This document shows positions 1 through 11,495 of a stretch of DNA of 64,000 nucleotides, one piece after another. The translations under genes were made by a program, and so were the position numbers. A model generated the notes under the pieces. It saw only the letters and a program-made list of their open reading frames with translations. It was not told the origin of the DNA and made no database searches. The stretch spans positions 124,001 through 188,000 of the IMG/VR virus record IMGVR_UViG_3300035703_000009. The stretch is one strand, 5' to 3'. Within the stretch, counting starts at the first letter, position 1, and each line of letters begins with the position of its first letter.

Positions 1-456
1 GCTGCTAGAATAACACCTATCACGCCTACTGCTACTGCTGGAGAAGAGAAAAACTATCCAATTAAGTTAGGATTTACTCCAAACGACGAATACTTGATTG
101 GAAAATACACATGTGGAGCTTACCTTTACATGTTCCCTCTGAACTATGATGCTATCTCTGTACAGGGTAATATACCATCTAGAGCTGCTAAGGGAGTAAA
201 ATTAGGTTCTGAGAACGCGCTAAACATCCCGATCCTTTTCCAATTCAGATGCTCTGATAAGCTAGGATATATCGGTGGATTTAGAACCAGTGGCACTTTA
301 AACAATATAAAATACCAAAAGAAGATCGGTCTTGACATAATCGTTAAGAACGATGTTCCGTTCTCGTTCGACCTGGAAGTTAGCGCACAATACCTTAAAG
401 AAACGTCATTGGATGCACCTCTAGTTCAAGGAAAGGGAACGATTAAGACATTCTAA
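1..456 (+). CDS. C-terminal part of a probable virion structural protein (truncated by window edge)
   Basis: Frame 1 is open from base 1 to the stop at 456, directly before the 1837-aa ORF. Confidence 0.6.
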   Translation, partial: AARITPITPTATAGEEKNYPIKLGFTPNDEYLIGKYTCGAYLYMFPLNYDAISVQGNIPSRAAKGVKLGSENALNIPILFQFRCSDKLGYIGGFRTSGTLNNIKYQKKIGLDIIVKNDVPFSFDLEVSAQYLKETSLDAPLVQGKGTIKTF

Positions 457-459
457 TCG

Positions 460-3400
460 ATGACCCGTGAAATTCAATACACCAAAGTACTAACCGATGA
501 CTCTAGCTTTCAACTAGTCAGAACCAATCCAAAGCTCACAGGCAATGTGAAGCTGACTATTAATGAGGCCGGCGACATGTGGCTTAATGCAATTAAAGCA
601 AACCTTGAGCTTGCAAAGGACGACTATGCTAGGTTTCCAATAGACATTGCTCAGTCCTTACCTGCAAACATTTACCAGTTTTTCAAGAACGGCGAGACTC
701 CAAAGGAAATCATCTTTGCTCTAACTGAGAGCATCGATTTGGTCAAGACCTCAAAGGACTTTAAGGATCAGTTTGACTTTTCAAACTACTTTAGCGGCAT
801 CAAATATTTTCCATCCAATAAGTACGAGGAAAAGCTTACCTACTTTGCTCCTTTGTACCTAAAGAAGAACCTACCGAATTACTTTGTCATTCTTAAGATG
901 AAGGGTCCTCTTAATAACCAGATTGTGCAAGATCGTCAGAACTTTGAGAGCGGCCAAACTCGTGACCAATACTTGATTGAGCTATTTAAGACTGCAACAA
1001 TCGTCAAGACATTTGATCTTAGTCCAACTAGCAATCCCGGTAAGTATCTTAGGACTTACCTAAATAGCCCTGGGTTCCCTGTGAGCCCACTTACTGTTTC
1101 ATTTAATGAGAATGATTACACCACTTGGAATGGGATCCTGATTGACTCTGGTGTGTTCGGAAGCAAAGGCGAATTACTCTACTCCCAATACGCTGATTCA
1201 ACTCCTTTAAAGTTTTTTGAAGAAAACATCACAAATGGATTTGAACGCAATGGTGTCATTGTACCTAACATCGTCAATTTGGAATTCATCTTTGACGATG
1301 AGACTTCTAATGATTACGAGTTTGACAGATATTTGGGAATCTATGTGGACACAGTTGAGCTCTCAAAGCTAGACATCGATCTTGCTCGACTCTATACCGA
1401 AAGAACAATTTGGCCAAACTCTCCAAAATTACGTAAGGAGTACTTTGAGAGCGATGAGGTAAAACTATTTCAATCGAACCAAAACGGAATCGTCTTGCCA
1501 ATCAAAAACCTTGACCTAAACTTAAACGAGTTCAGCACAATGTTTACTGATGCCGACTCTTTATACTTTAACTATATCACTGATAAAGACAATAAGTTAC
1601 GTCTTCCAAAGCTAACCTCTCCATACACAATAGAAAGATCGAATGAGGTGGCAGTGAGCCTAAATGCAGTAGGAACTATGATCACAGCTACTGTAGTAAG
1701 TTCTCATGCATTTGACACAGGTGACTTAGTGCAGATAGTTAGTCCAGATCCAGAATATGCTGGTGAGTTTTTTGTCACTAAGCTGTCTGACACACAGTTT
1801 CAATATATCTTGACCTCTACTCCAACTAATGCTGCTGCAAACGGAAACGCATCACAGGAAGTCGGCCAAGCTAAGATCACTCTGAGCGATCGTGAAATCG
1901 ACCTCGGCAAGTTCATCGGCGCAAGCAACGACCTTTTCTTGCAAGATGCGGGTTTTGCAAGCAAGATTGGAGGTCACTCACACGCAGTCATAAAAATAAA
2001 GTCACAGCTCTCTCACCTAGACGAGTTTAAACTATACCATCCAGCTGGAACACGGTCTGACTCTGGTGGAAAATATGACTTGTTCACAGCAACAGTCGGT
2101 TATACTCTCATCCCAAATCCTGGTGAGTACTATGCTTTCAATGATTATGACAACGTCACAGGATATGACACCTTTTACTTTAATGCTACTGGTCTAGCTA
2201 AAGAGATAGCAAAAGCGATAGAAGGCTGCCTAAATAAGGTTCGTAATCGAGACTTCACCGCTTATGCATATGATGATCACATTTTCATTAAATGTAATGT
2301 TCCAGGAAATTTTGATGCGATTCATAAACTTACATTTAGCTCATTTTACTCACAATACTCCTCTATTGAAATCAATGACACGACTGACACTGATATAATC
2401 GGTCAAAGCTTTAATTTCGTCGGTGGTTCACGATTTGCAGGCAATCGTCTTGTGCTCAATAAAAAGCACTTAAGTAAGATTAAAGATAACTTTGATGACA
2501 TCTTAGTTAGGACCGAAATAGGTTGGTCAAAAATAAAAAAGTACTCAACATATATCGATGAGGTGAACGACGTTAATCAACTTACTGAGGAACTTCGTTC
2601 AAAACAAATCGCTGAATACCTCAATCATTTCGTCCTCATCTTAGAAGACGAAGAGGTACCGAGCATTAAGTATACCGAGTTTGTGATGCGTAAGAAATTT
2701 AGACCAAGTTTCGGATTCATCTCAATGTTACCGATCAAAGACCTAGACTTTGATTTCTACTCTAGCGAATACTTAAACTTTCCACTGATCGATCTATACC
2801 AGCACTACTTTGTGCCAGAAAAAGTTAATCTATTAAACGTAAACGACACATATAAAATAATAGGTGGTGGAACAATAAAGATAAATGATGCTACTACTCT
2901 TGCAAATGTGACTGAGTCTATTAATTTAACTACTCTACCTATTTTATCAATAGTCGACCTAAACACAGGATTGGGGTATCAATTTATTGCAGGTCAAAAA
3001 GTAAGAGTAGAGCACGATAACTCTAATTACTTTATTGCAACAGTTAACTCATACCTACTAGGTAATTTAAACGTAACTGTTATTAGCAAAAGCGGAAGCT
3101 CAACTTTTTCAAGTTGGACAATTTTTAGAATTATTGATTCTAGCGTTACATCTTTCACAATAAACAGTCAGTGTTCATACTCTGTAATAGAAGGAAGTGC
3201 ATTTGTAACTTACGATAATCCTAATAGCTTATTTGTGCCTATATTTGATGAAAACTTAGAACTTAAGGATTTTGAAGGATTTTCCATTCTAAAGGATCCA
3301 ACTAAAGTCGTTGCTGCTCAAACAACTGATGAATATCTATTGAAAACCAAATATCTAAATGGACTAACTGAGACTGAATATGATTTCTATAAAGAAAATA

Positions 3401-5973
3401 GTAGCAAAGACTTTGCACTTAGATCTAAGATGTTGCCGTATATCACTAAATGGGCGATAAAAAACGGCAAAGATTCTAGAGACAATCCATATCGTTTAAA
3501 CACTGAGATAGTCTTTGGTCGCAATAACTTTGCACCTGATCACACAACATATACTCAAAAGACTAGCGCTTTTACTCACGAATGGTTTTACATTGAGAGT
3601 CAATTCAACTATCTGTATGATAAAGAAACAGTTAAGGCTAATTCTTATTATTTTGAGAAACCATTTGACTTAGGTCTAGCCACATCTGATCCTAATTACT
3701 TTATCGAGTATTTTACTTACACGCCAATAATTGATGCAGCATATTCAGAAAGCGGAAAAGACGAAGAGGTAGGGCCTACTCAACTCAGATATGCGTCAGT
3801 TTACAAAAATCAAGCTGGCAAATACGAGACCTTCTTTAAAGGATTCAAGGTAGAGTTCAATGATGTTACTGACACGAGTGTCATAGGGGAAGATGGAAAG
3901 CCAGTTGCAAATACCTCGACAACTAGGTTTGAAGACTACAAATTTAGCTGCATACTCAAAGTAGTGAAAGAAGACTTTGCTTCGCTTGATACTCCTCCTT
4001 TAAGGTTTAGAGTGGTCGAACATAAAGATTATAAGTTCATAGTCTTGATAATTGAGCTAACTCTAAGCACAATTGACATGATCGATGACTATTGGAAGTC
4101 TCCAAACCAATATAAAGCCATCAATAACAATCAAACAGTGCCGCCGCCGGCTTCATATCCGACCTTATTTTTAGGAGACGTTAGCTCTGAGCCTTTATTC
4201 TTAGGTAAATACCCATTTGAGACAGTTGAGGGAGATTACAGGTTTATGATTAATCAGGTTGATGGACAAGACATTTCTAACCTAACTCACTCGCTACTAT
4301 ATTCAATTAAGAACAAAAAGTTCAATACCGAAATCGATAACTTTTCAACAACTAAACTATCGATGAAATTTAACTATAGCGAATCTAATTCACAGGGAGT
4401 AGACTTTGGAGCTAAGACAATCACTAAGATCTTAAACCCAAACTTTACTAACTATCCTGCGCTGGTTTCTGATGAGGTTGCAGCGCCGACTGACTCTACA
4501 GTATTAATGATGAAGACAAGTAGCGTAAGCTATCTGTTACTTGATACGTTAGACTCATTATCTAACGCTACTCAAGTGAATCCAATAATCGGGTCAACCG
4601 CTAATTCCATCACTTTCGCAAGTAATCTGACGCCAGCTAACCTGGCATTAACTGCCCTAATTCCAGTACCGCCATATACAGTATTTTCAAACACGTTTCC
4701 GTTACCAGGTTTTATTGACGTGATCACAAACAACTACCTATTTGAATTAGCGTTAGGCGGTCAAAAATACTATGAGAAACTATTTGAAAAAATATCTTTT
4801 GCAAGGTTTAAAGGCTACGTAAATTCGTTAGACCCAATAATTGAGTTTGAGACCTATTCTCTTGACTCAAATGGATCACCTATCCTTGACACGAGCGTCG
4901 ACTATTATATCAGTATCCCAGATCAAAGCGAAGTAATAAAGACGACACAAGCCATCGTAAACTCTGACCAGGACAAGCCTACTCAATTCTCATTTAATGA
5001 GGTTATCGGTTATACTTATGAGCAAGCCACGCTAAACAACCCAGTAAGGCTTAATCGTTATCAAGGAAACTATGAACCGATCACAAGAGATGTCCTATTT
5101 TGTAACTCATCTTTTAACTTTGTGAAGAACGACATTGAGAGCATCAAGCTCGCAAACGTTAGATTCAACACAAAGATCGATGATCTGCTAACCCTAAAGA
5201 ACTTTAATCACATTAAGGTAGCAGATTCCAAGATCTTGATCCTAGAGGCAGATGAAGCATACACTCCAGTATACCCGTTAATCGATGAAGTAGCGATCGG
5301 TCAAGCCGATTACTTCTTGCTTGCTGGTAACTGGGACTGGGGATTCCATAAGAAATACTTAAATAAGACTGAATATTTAGCCGTTGCTGGTTCGCTTAGA
5401 GTCGAAGAGGACGAAAGCTTTATGGGTAAGATTCTTAAAGTGCCTACCTCGGTTGAGTTGGAACAGTTTGCAGTAACTACCCTTGCTGCTAATCAGAACT
5501 TAGCTGATGTTGACTTGTCACAAATCGAAATAGTAGTCAAAGAGACTCCGACTAGCGTAGATGGTTACATCAACCTCTCCAACGTGCTGACCTCTTATTT
5601 TATTAGTCAAGGAATCTTACAGTCATTCAACGCTTTTTTAACCAACTCTAACGAGTACTTAGGAAACTATGACTCCATTGAGAACTACGTTAAAGATTAC
5701 ATCAAGCTAAATCTTTTAAAGCTTTATGAGTTAGAGACTGCAGAGTTTTATTCTAAACCAGACGCAGCCGTTGTGTCTACTCAATCTCTACAGAACATCA
5801 ATACAATTGAATTTGATTTCTTAGATGACGCACAACGCTTTGCTGGAGGATATTCTCTCCTAAAAACTACCAAGATAAATAAATCAGATAGACTAGTAGT
5901 TAACTTTAGCATACCGAAGAGCTTAAGCACTGGGTTGCGAGTAAGTCCAAAGATAAAAATTAAATTCATCTAA
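460..5973 (+). CDS. Very large virion structural (baseplate/tail-associated) protein
   Basis: 1837-aa ORF, beta-rich, in a late structural block; no enzymatic motif recognised. Confidence 0.55.
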   Translation: MTREIQYTKVLTDDSSFQLVRTNPKLTGNVKLTINEAGDMWLNAIKANLELAKDDYARFPIDIAQSLPANIYQFFKNGETPKEIIFALTESIDLVKTSKDFKDQFDFSNYFSGIKYFPSNKYEEKLTYFAPLYLKKNLPNYFVILKMKGPLNNQIVQDRQNFESGQTRDQYLIELFKTATIVKTFDLSPTSNPGKYLRTYLNSPGFPVSPLTVSFNENDYTTWNGILIDSGVFGSKGELLYSQYADSTPLKFFEENITNGFERNGVIVPNIVNLEFIFDDETSNDYEFDRYLGIYVDTVELSKLDIDLARLYTERTIWPNSPKLRKEYFESDEVKLFQSNQNGIVLPIKNLDLNLNEFSTMFTDADSLYFNYITDKDNKLRLPKLTSPYTIERSNEVAVSLNAVGTMITATVVSSHAFDTGDLVQIVSPDPEYAGEFFVTKLSDTQFQYILTSTPTNAAANGNASQEVGQAKITLSDREIDLGKFIGASNDLFLQDAGFASKIGGHSHAVIKIKSQLSHLDEFKLYHPAGTRSDSGGKYDLFTATVGYTLIPNPGEYYAFNDYDNVTGYDTFYFNATGLAKEIAKAIEGCLNKVRNRDFTAYAYDDHIFIKCNVPGNFDAIHKLTFSSFYSQYSSIEINDTTDTDIIGQSFNFVGGSRFAGNRLVLNKKHLSKIKDNFDDILVRTEIGWSKIKKYSTYIDEVNDVNQLTEELRSKQIAEYLNHFVLILEDEEVPSIKYTEFVMRKKFRPSFGFISMLPIKDLDFDFYSSEYLNFPLIDLYQHYFVPEKVNLLNVNDTYKIIGGGTIKINDATTLANVTESINLTTLPILSIVDLNTGLGYQFIAGQKVRVEHDNSNYFIATVNSYLLGNLNVTVISKSGSSTFSSWTIFRIIDSSVTSFTINSQCSYSVIEGSAFVTYDNPNSLFVPIFDENLELKDFEGFSILKDPTKVVAAQTTDEYLLKTKYLNGLTETEYDFYKENSSKDFALRSKMLPYITKWAIKNGKDSRDNPYRLNTEIVFGRNNFAPDHTTYTQKTSAFTHEWFYIESQFNYLYDKETVKANSYYFEKPFDLGLATSDPNYFIEYFTYTPIIDAAYSESGKDEEVGPTQLRYASVYKNQAGKYETFFKGFKVEFNDVTDTSVIGEDGKPVANTSTTRFEDYKFSCILKVVKEDFASLDTPPLRFRVVEHKDYKFIVLIIELTLSTIDMIDDYWKSPNQYKAINNNQTVPPPASYPTLFLGDVSSEPLFLGKYPFETVEGDYRFMINQVDGQDISNLTHSLLYSIKNKKFNTEIDNFSTTKLSMKFNYSESNSQGVDFGAKTITKILNPNFTNYPALVSDEVAAPTDSTVLMMKTSSVSYLLLDTLDSLSNATQVNPIIGSTANSITFASNLTPANLALTALIPVPPYTVFSNTFPLPGFIDVITNNYLFELALGGQKYYEKLFEKISFARFKGYVNSLDPIIEFETYSLDSNGSPILDTSVDYYISIPDQSEVIKTTQAIVNSDQDKPTQFSFNEVIGYTYEQATLNNPVRLNRYQGNYEPITRDVLFCNSSFNFVKNDIESIKLANVRFNTKIDDLLTLKNFNHIKVADSKILILEADEAYTPVYPLIDEVAIGQADYFLLAGNWDWGFHKKYLNKTEYLAVAGSLRVEEDESFMGKILKVPTSVELEQFAVTTLAANQNLADVDLSQIEIVVKETPTSVDGYINLSNVLTSYFISQGILQSFNAFLTNSNEYLGNYDSIENYVKDYIKLNLLKLYELETAEFYSKPDAAVVSTQSLQNINTIEFDFLDDAQRFAGGYSLLKTTKINKSDRLVVNFSIPKSLSTGLRVSPKIKIKFI

Positions 5974-5975
5974 CG

Positions 5976-8900
5976 ATGCCAATTAGAATAAACCTCAAGG
6001 AACTTTTTCCGGCAGATGCCCAGGAGATCACCATCGACAAAATAAACTTCAACTTCAATAAGCTGTTAGCATTAGGTGTTGGAGAGCCAGGACCGATTGG
6101 TTTTTCTGGTACGCAAGGATCCGCCGGTCCAATCGGAGGAGTCGGTTCCCAAGGCACTCGCGGAAGTACTTGGATCGTGGACGCTGGCTCGCCTACCATA
6201 ACTACTGGACTCCTAGATGGAGACCTTTACCTTGATTCAACTGCGCTTGCTGTTTGGCAATGGGACGCAGCGACTAGCACATGGAACTTTCTTTTTGACA
6301 TATCAGCGATAGTTCAAAACTATCTTAACTCATCTCCATCTCCGTTTGTGAGAGGATTTGGAGACGGCTCACCAAATGACCAGCGATTTATCCTGTTTGG
6401 TAAGCGCGATGGACTATACACTGATGACATTCAACAGAATCCAGCAAGCCTTAACGACGTGCTATTTTTAACTAACTATGATGAGAAGCTCATCACGAAT
6501 CCGCCGGTTTTAATAGGTAGCCCAGACACTGATGAGTTCTATAATGCCCTACTAACAGTCTCAGTCGATCAACGAAATGGAGACCCATTACGTAGATCAC
6601 ACATTGAGCTTGGATCATTATATGGAACTCTATCGCCGGTCATTACGCCAGCTGACGAGAACTTTAAGATGCGTTATGATCGAGTAACTGGCAGTATTCA
6701 TCCTGGCTTAATTTACTATAATCAGCAGACCCTTTCGTTAGACATCAACAGTCTCATTAACCCTGGATCTAGGACATTTAGCTCGGTGTTTGCGTTTCAA
6801 AGCCCTAAATATCTGCCTACCTCTCCTCCTAATCCTTCAATCAATGGCTTCTCAAATGTTTATATAGGATCCAGATATGGACTCGATGAAGTTGCGCCGA
6901 GTGCAACTTCAACTAGTACATTAGCTGATGGTATAGTCATTGCGACAGGAGGAAGCGGCGCAAACATTGGGCTTGCAACTGGCTATTCTATCACAGGAGT
7001 TAGCGGTCAGTCACAATACTTTAACTTTGCTTCGCCACAAGATCACCTTATGCTTGACGCGATCGGGACATCGTCATCAATATTCTTGAACGATTTTACC
7101 TATCAAAACGGAGGAAACTTAGTCCAATTAGGAACCACTCCAGCTAGGCTTCAAGGGCAAGCTGGAATTTTTGTGCTAAGCGGGGCGGCAGTCGTTCCGC
7201 AGACCGCAGCAATGGCTGTTTCCGGCAACAAAGTGATCTCAGTTATCGGAAAAAAAGATGTCACCAACTTACAGACAATTCCTCAGTTTTACTCAACGTA
7301 TGGTGAGACCGTCATTGAAAATGTGAATGCTCCTGCGTTTCACCTATCTAGAAACTATACGACAGCGATTAATCCATTTTCAGTTTTAGATTTTGCAGGA
7401 ATATCAGACATAGCTGTTTCAGGAGACTACATGTATGCTGTAAAATGTCTTTCACTAAACAACACAACTAGTTCTATTGGTCTAGGCAGAGCAACCTTTC
7501 AGACGACTCAATTAAACCAAGAACTAGATCAGTTGCCTGTAGCAACGACTAAGCTTATCGCATCTAGCGTTACTCCACCTCAATATGATTGTTTACATAG
7601 GATCAAGCTTAGAGGTAACTTAGCAGTAGTCACATCGAACGCCTTGCCAGTCACACCATCTGTGGCCAATCTAGGCGGAAGCTTGGTTCCAGGTAACACA
7701 TACGATGGCCGAGTTCTTCTTCTCGACATCACTTCACCAAGTACAGTTATTGAAGTAGGGTCAGTGGTCTCTACTAAACAACAAGCAGGAAGCGGTGCGT
7801 CGACTCGATCTGCATTCATGGACATGGATGTAGTTGATGACTTGGTCTTTACTCTTACTTGGGAGCAGACACCAGCGTCACCGACTACTGCTAACGTTGC
7901 GATAAAGGTGGACGCATTCTCAATCAAAGGTGATGATGTAGAGCCAACCTCGCCGCCTGCAGTTGTGTATAAGGCTAGCACATTTAGTGTAACTAATGGC
8001 ACCATGATTAACGCATCCGCGCTTAATGTGAGTCAGTACACCAGCTTAAGTAAGGTAGGAGCGATCGCAGCTAACAAGAAATACGTTTATGCAGGTTACT
8101 CAATATACAGCACAGGAACAGGAAATTACACGCCAGTCATACGTTTATACGAGATACGTGGAGGAATAGGTACAACTGGACTTATTCCTATACCTGCTAA
8201 CTTGTCCTTTAGTTATTCAGGAACGATCACCCTAGATCCAGGAACTCCAGGCGCACAGATAACTGAGGTCAATAAGATACATCAAGTAGGAGGAAGCCTT
8301 TATGTTCTGACTAACTCTGCATCAAATGGAAGTTATCTTTTCAAAATAGATGTGTCAAATCCAGCAGCTCCATTTCAAGTATGGAGCAAAAATCTAGGAG
8401 GAGCTCCACAATATTACAGTAACTTTGTGATGGTCGGCAAGAACATATATGCGATCAACACAGGAATAATAGATCCAGCAAACACCATTTCTTTATCTAA
8501 CATAACTTCAATAGACATTGATGGAGTATACACAGGAGCGGCTCACATCGAATCGCTAAGATCAGAAGAGCTTACTGTTACTCAAAACTTCTCAGTCGGA
8601 AATAACGCGACTATTCATAATGAGCTAAACGTCGGCGGTCGAGCTGAAATCGTTGGTGAGTTAGGAGTAGGGGCTAGGCTTAGACTCGCAGGTGGTGCTT
8701 ACTTTACTGGAGCGCCTTCTACTAATCAGGGAGGAGCAAACTTAAATTTACTACAAAGTATCCCTACTTTTTACATCAACGGAGACCAACCTATCGTAAA
8801 TATTAAAGATACGTCTGGCGCTTCTCCTAGACTCATATTGTCAAGTACATCAACTGATTTCTTAAGCGTAGGTCATTCTAGTTTGGATAATGCAGTGACA

Positions 8901-9647
8901 CTGGACCTTGACTCATCATCTGACCTAGAGATCAATACTGCATCGAATAAGCAAGTTAGAATCAAATCTGTTGGAAACTCAAATTTAATATTAGAGACTG
9001 GAGGTGGAACTACTAATAATAACATTAGAATCTATGATGGAAACTCTTCAGTTGCGACTAACGAAGCTCTTCGAATAGTGACTTTTCCAGCTTCTACTTA
9101 TGTTGAGATAGGTGCAAAAAACAATAGAACACTATACACGACGACTAGCGGAGCAGATAATATAATTCAGGCAACATCAGCAAATGTCAATATTAATGCA
9201 GATAAATTAGTCGTAAATACTAGTCAAAACTATTCGGTTCTTACTAGCCCATTAACTGTATCTGCGAACTCAGACATAATTATGAGTGGATTGTCCACGC
9301 TTAGCGTCTCTGGAGGAACTGCAACTATGCTTTGGAATAGAGTAGGTAACGTAGTTACAGTTAGCGGTGAATTAGATTCAAATATTTGGAGCGAATCGTC
9401 TGGCAATTGGGAGTATACGTTATCTGTTCCAGTAAGAACTACAAATCCAATTCTATATTGTTCTGGAACAGCTAGCATTCTGGGAAATTCACCGACTCTC
9501 GGTACTCCAATTTATTCTTCAGGAATAGCCACAGCTAATGGAGTAAGTGTCAATTCCATATTACTCAGAGTTAAATTAATTCAATTTTTATATCCTGTTA
9601 CTGGAATAGATCGAGCAACCTTTTCTTTTATGTATAGGCTCGCTTAA
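5976..9647 (+). CDS. Tail fibre/receptor-binding-like structural protein
   Basis: Short collagen-like G-X-Y run (GEPGPIGFSGTQGSAGPIGG), LVIVD-like propeller segments (FKIDVSNPAAP) and a C-terminal RVGNVVTVSG fibre-tip motif. Confidence 0.6.
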   Translation: MPIRINLKELFPADAQEITIDKINFNFNKLLALGVGEPGPIGFSGTQGSAGPIGGVGSQGTRGSTWIVDAGSPTITTGLLDGDLYLDSTALAVWQWDAATSTWNFLFDISAIVQNYLNSSPSPFVRGFGDGSPNDQRFILFGKRDGLYTDDIQQNPASLNDVLFLTNYDEKLITNPPVLIGSPDTDEFYNALLTVSVDQRNGDPLRRSHIELGSLYGTLSPVITPADENFKMRYDRVTGSIHPGLIYYNQQTLSLDINSLINPGSRTFSSVFAFQSPKYLPTSPPNPSINGFSNVYIGSRYGLDEVAPSATSTSTLADGIVIATGGSGANIGLATGYSITGVSGQSQYFNFASPQDHLMLDAIGTSSSIFLNDFTYQNGGNLVQLGTTPARLQGQAGIFVLSGAAVVPQTAAMAVSGNKVISVIGKKDVTNLQTIPQFYSTYGETVIENVNAPAFHLSRNYTTAINPFSVLDFAGISDIAVSGDYMYAVKCLSLNNTTSSIGLGRATFQTTQLNQELDQLPVATTKLIASSVTPPQYDCLHRIKLRGNLAVVTSNALPVTPSVANLGGSLVPGNTYDGRVLLLDITSPSTVIEVGSVVSTKQQAGSGASTRSAFMDMDVVDDLVFTLTWEQTPASPTTANVAIKVDAFSIKGDDVEPTSPPAVVYKASTFSVTNGTMINASALNVSQYTSLSKVGAIAANKKYVYAGYSIYSTGTGNYTPVIRLYEIRGGIGTTGLIPIPANLSFSYSGTITLDPGTPGAQITEVNKIHQVGGSLYVLTNSASNGSYLFKIDVSNPAAPFQVWSKNLGGAPQYYSNFVMVGKNIYAINTGIIDPANTISLSNITSIDIDGVYTGAAHIESLRSEELTVTQNFSVGNNATIHNELNVGGRAEIVGELGVGARLRLAGGAYFTGAPSTNQGGANLNLLQSIPTFYINGDQPIVNIKDTSGASPRLILSSTSTDFLSVGHSSLDNAVTLDLDSSSDLEINTASNKQVRIKSVGNSNLILETGGGTTNNNIRIYDGNSSVATNEALRIVTFPASTYVEIGAKNNRTLYTTTSGADNIIQATSANVNINADKLVVNTSQNYSVLTSPLTVSANSDIIMSGLSTLSVSGGTATMLWNRVGNVVTVSGELDSNIWSESSGNWEYTLSVPVRTTNPILYCSGTASILGNSPTLGTPIYSSGIATANGVSVNSILLRVKLIQFLYPVTGIDRATFSFMYRLA

Positions 9648-10609
9648 TTTATCTTCTTAACTAGCTTACGCCAAAGCACCTCGCCTTGAGCTCTAAGATA
9701 AGGTTCGAAAAACTGCAGCACTTCGAGCAAGCCAGCGCTCTTCTTAAGGTTTAGGATCTTTGGGTCCACTACAATGCTACGCTTGCGTGATACTTTCTTA
9801 TATAGATCGACGAAGAACTCGCCGAAGTTATTGGTGATGTATTCTGAGAATTTATGGTTTGCTAACTCAGCTGAAATAACGTCAAAGTACTCGTCAGCTG
9901 TAAACTCTCGACCCATAGTCGCGTTGCGATATGCGTCAGTTTGATATAGCTCTTCCTTACTATCGTAACTTGGTGCCTCGCCCAACTGTGCCATTATCTC
10001 AGAATCTGAAAGAGTATAGATGAGGCGTAAGAAGTTTTTCATTCCGCTTGAGTCTCTAAGAAAATCATACTTTTCTACCTCGCTGTGTAATAAGGCTCCT
10101 CGATAACCTTTCATGAAGTTTGGGTCCTTGTAATCATTGTATGCATGGGTCAACTCGTGATTCATCACCTCTCTGATGTTTGCGATCGCGAGATCTCGAT
10201 CAGCATTTAATCCCTCGTAAGGTAGAATGATTTTACACTGGATTATAATGTTTAGCTTACCTCGACCGGTCTTACGCAATCGATACTTATCATAGTTGCT
10301 AAGGTACCACCCGCTGCGATTCTGGTATGCCGAGGACTTAAGTGCAACGACTCTAAATTGAACAATTATCTCGGAGATCGGGAAGTCCCTAGCAGCCTCC
10401 TGTGATACCTGAGTGTGGGCATCGTCGATCACTATGTCTTCACTGTAATTGGTAAAACGTTTCTTAAACTTAAAGCTCAAATACTTGTCCAGGCTTTCAT
10501 GTATCTTGGCTTGGGCAAGTTGTGAGTACTCGCCAACGGTCTCAGAAAAACCTCGGGCTTCTGCCACAAACTGTGTAAATGTGCTCGCTCTGTTATTGGA
10601 CCCAATCAT
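9644..10609 (-). CDS. Putative zinc metallopeptidase (HExxH), candidate internal head protein
   Basis: VMNHELTHAY motif; N-terminal TFTQFVAEA resembles the T4 capsid-targeting sequence. Confidence 0.55.
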   Translation of the reverse strand: MIGSNNRASTFTQFVAEARGFSETVGEYSQLAQAKIHESLDKYLSFKFKKRFTNYSEDIVIDDAHTQVSQEAARDFPISEIIVQFRVVALKSSAYQNRSGWYLSNYDKYRLRKTGRGKLNIIIQCKIILPYEGLNADRDLAIANIREVMNHELTHAYNDYKDPNFMKGYRGALLHSEVEKYDFLRDSSGMKNFLRLIYTLSDSEIMAQLGEAPSYDSKEELYQTDAYRNATMGREFTADEYFDVISAELANHKFSEYITNNFGEFFVDLYKKVSRKRSIVVDPKILNLKKSAGLLEVLQFFEPYLRAQGEVLWRKLVKKIN

Positions 10610-11396
10610 TTAAGGTAAACGGCATTATTTTTTCAACGGCAAGCAGGTCATGCAGGTCTTGGGTGATGCTGAGCTCAAAGTCAACGTTCTTAGCGATGCC
10701 CCTATTTAATAAAACGGTGTCCTTTACTGCTTTCGCCACCTTACGTTCGTCTTGATTGTCTTCAATGATGGCAAAGATGACGTTGGTCTTGCCTATCATT
10801 GAATTGAGCTTAGGATCATTGAGTCGTTCAATTTCCTCCTTCATAACGTTCTCACGTAATTCTGGAACTTCCAAGGTCTTTATCTTGGAGAACGAATAAC
10901 CAAAGTCTCGACGAGAGTCGAAAGCCAGCTTCCATATCCTGTATGTGGTGCTACCTGAGTGATTTGTCACAACAAAGACCTCCTTCTCGGAATGAATCTT
11001 CTTGTTCATGTAGAAGACCCTCACTTTTTCGAGTATGTCGACATGCAGATCAGTGTACTCGATCAACAAGTTTAAGAAGAGAAAGTTCGCGTTCCTAAAG
11101 ATTTCGGCCACCTCGATGGGCTGTTGATAGATCTTTGCCAGCTCATCCCTAATAAGATTGAGTCGAGGCTCATTAAAAATTGACTTTAGCTTTGAGGTGA
11201 AGAGTTTACCGGTGCATGCTAAGTTATTGAGGTTTAAGCTATGGAACAGGACCTCATAAAAACGATCAATATTGCCTTCCTTGATCTCATTACGATATTT
11301 TATGCTTGCGCCTAACAGCACATAGGTAAAATACTCAGCGTCTAAGTAATTTCCTTTGGTGATCCAAAGCGGATCTAAAACGTATTGGGTCTTCAC
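10593..11396 (-). CDS. Hypothetical phage protein
   Basis: 267-aa ORF with an upstream promoter-like motif. Confidence 0.6.
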   Translation of the reverse strand: MKTQYVLDPLWITKGNYLDAEYFTYVLLGASIKYRNEIKEGNIDRFYEVLFHSLNLNNLACTGKLFTSKLKSIFNEPRLNLIRDELAKIYQQPIEVAEIFRNANFLFLNLLIEYTDLHVDILEKVRVFYMNKKIHSEKEVFVVTNHSGSTTYRIWKLAFDSRRDFGYSFSKIKTLEVPELRENVMKEEIERLNDPKLNSMIGKTNVIFAIIEDNQDERKVAKAVKDTVLLNRGIAKNVDFELSITQDLHDLLAVEKIMPFTLNDWVQ

Positions 11397-11495
11397 TGGG
11401 TAAGTCTCTCTTTCTTATTATTTATTTTACTATGGTGACAATCTCAGTTTAGGCTCAACTTTCAAATAAATAAAATAAACCGACAATACTGTCTA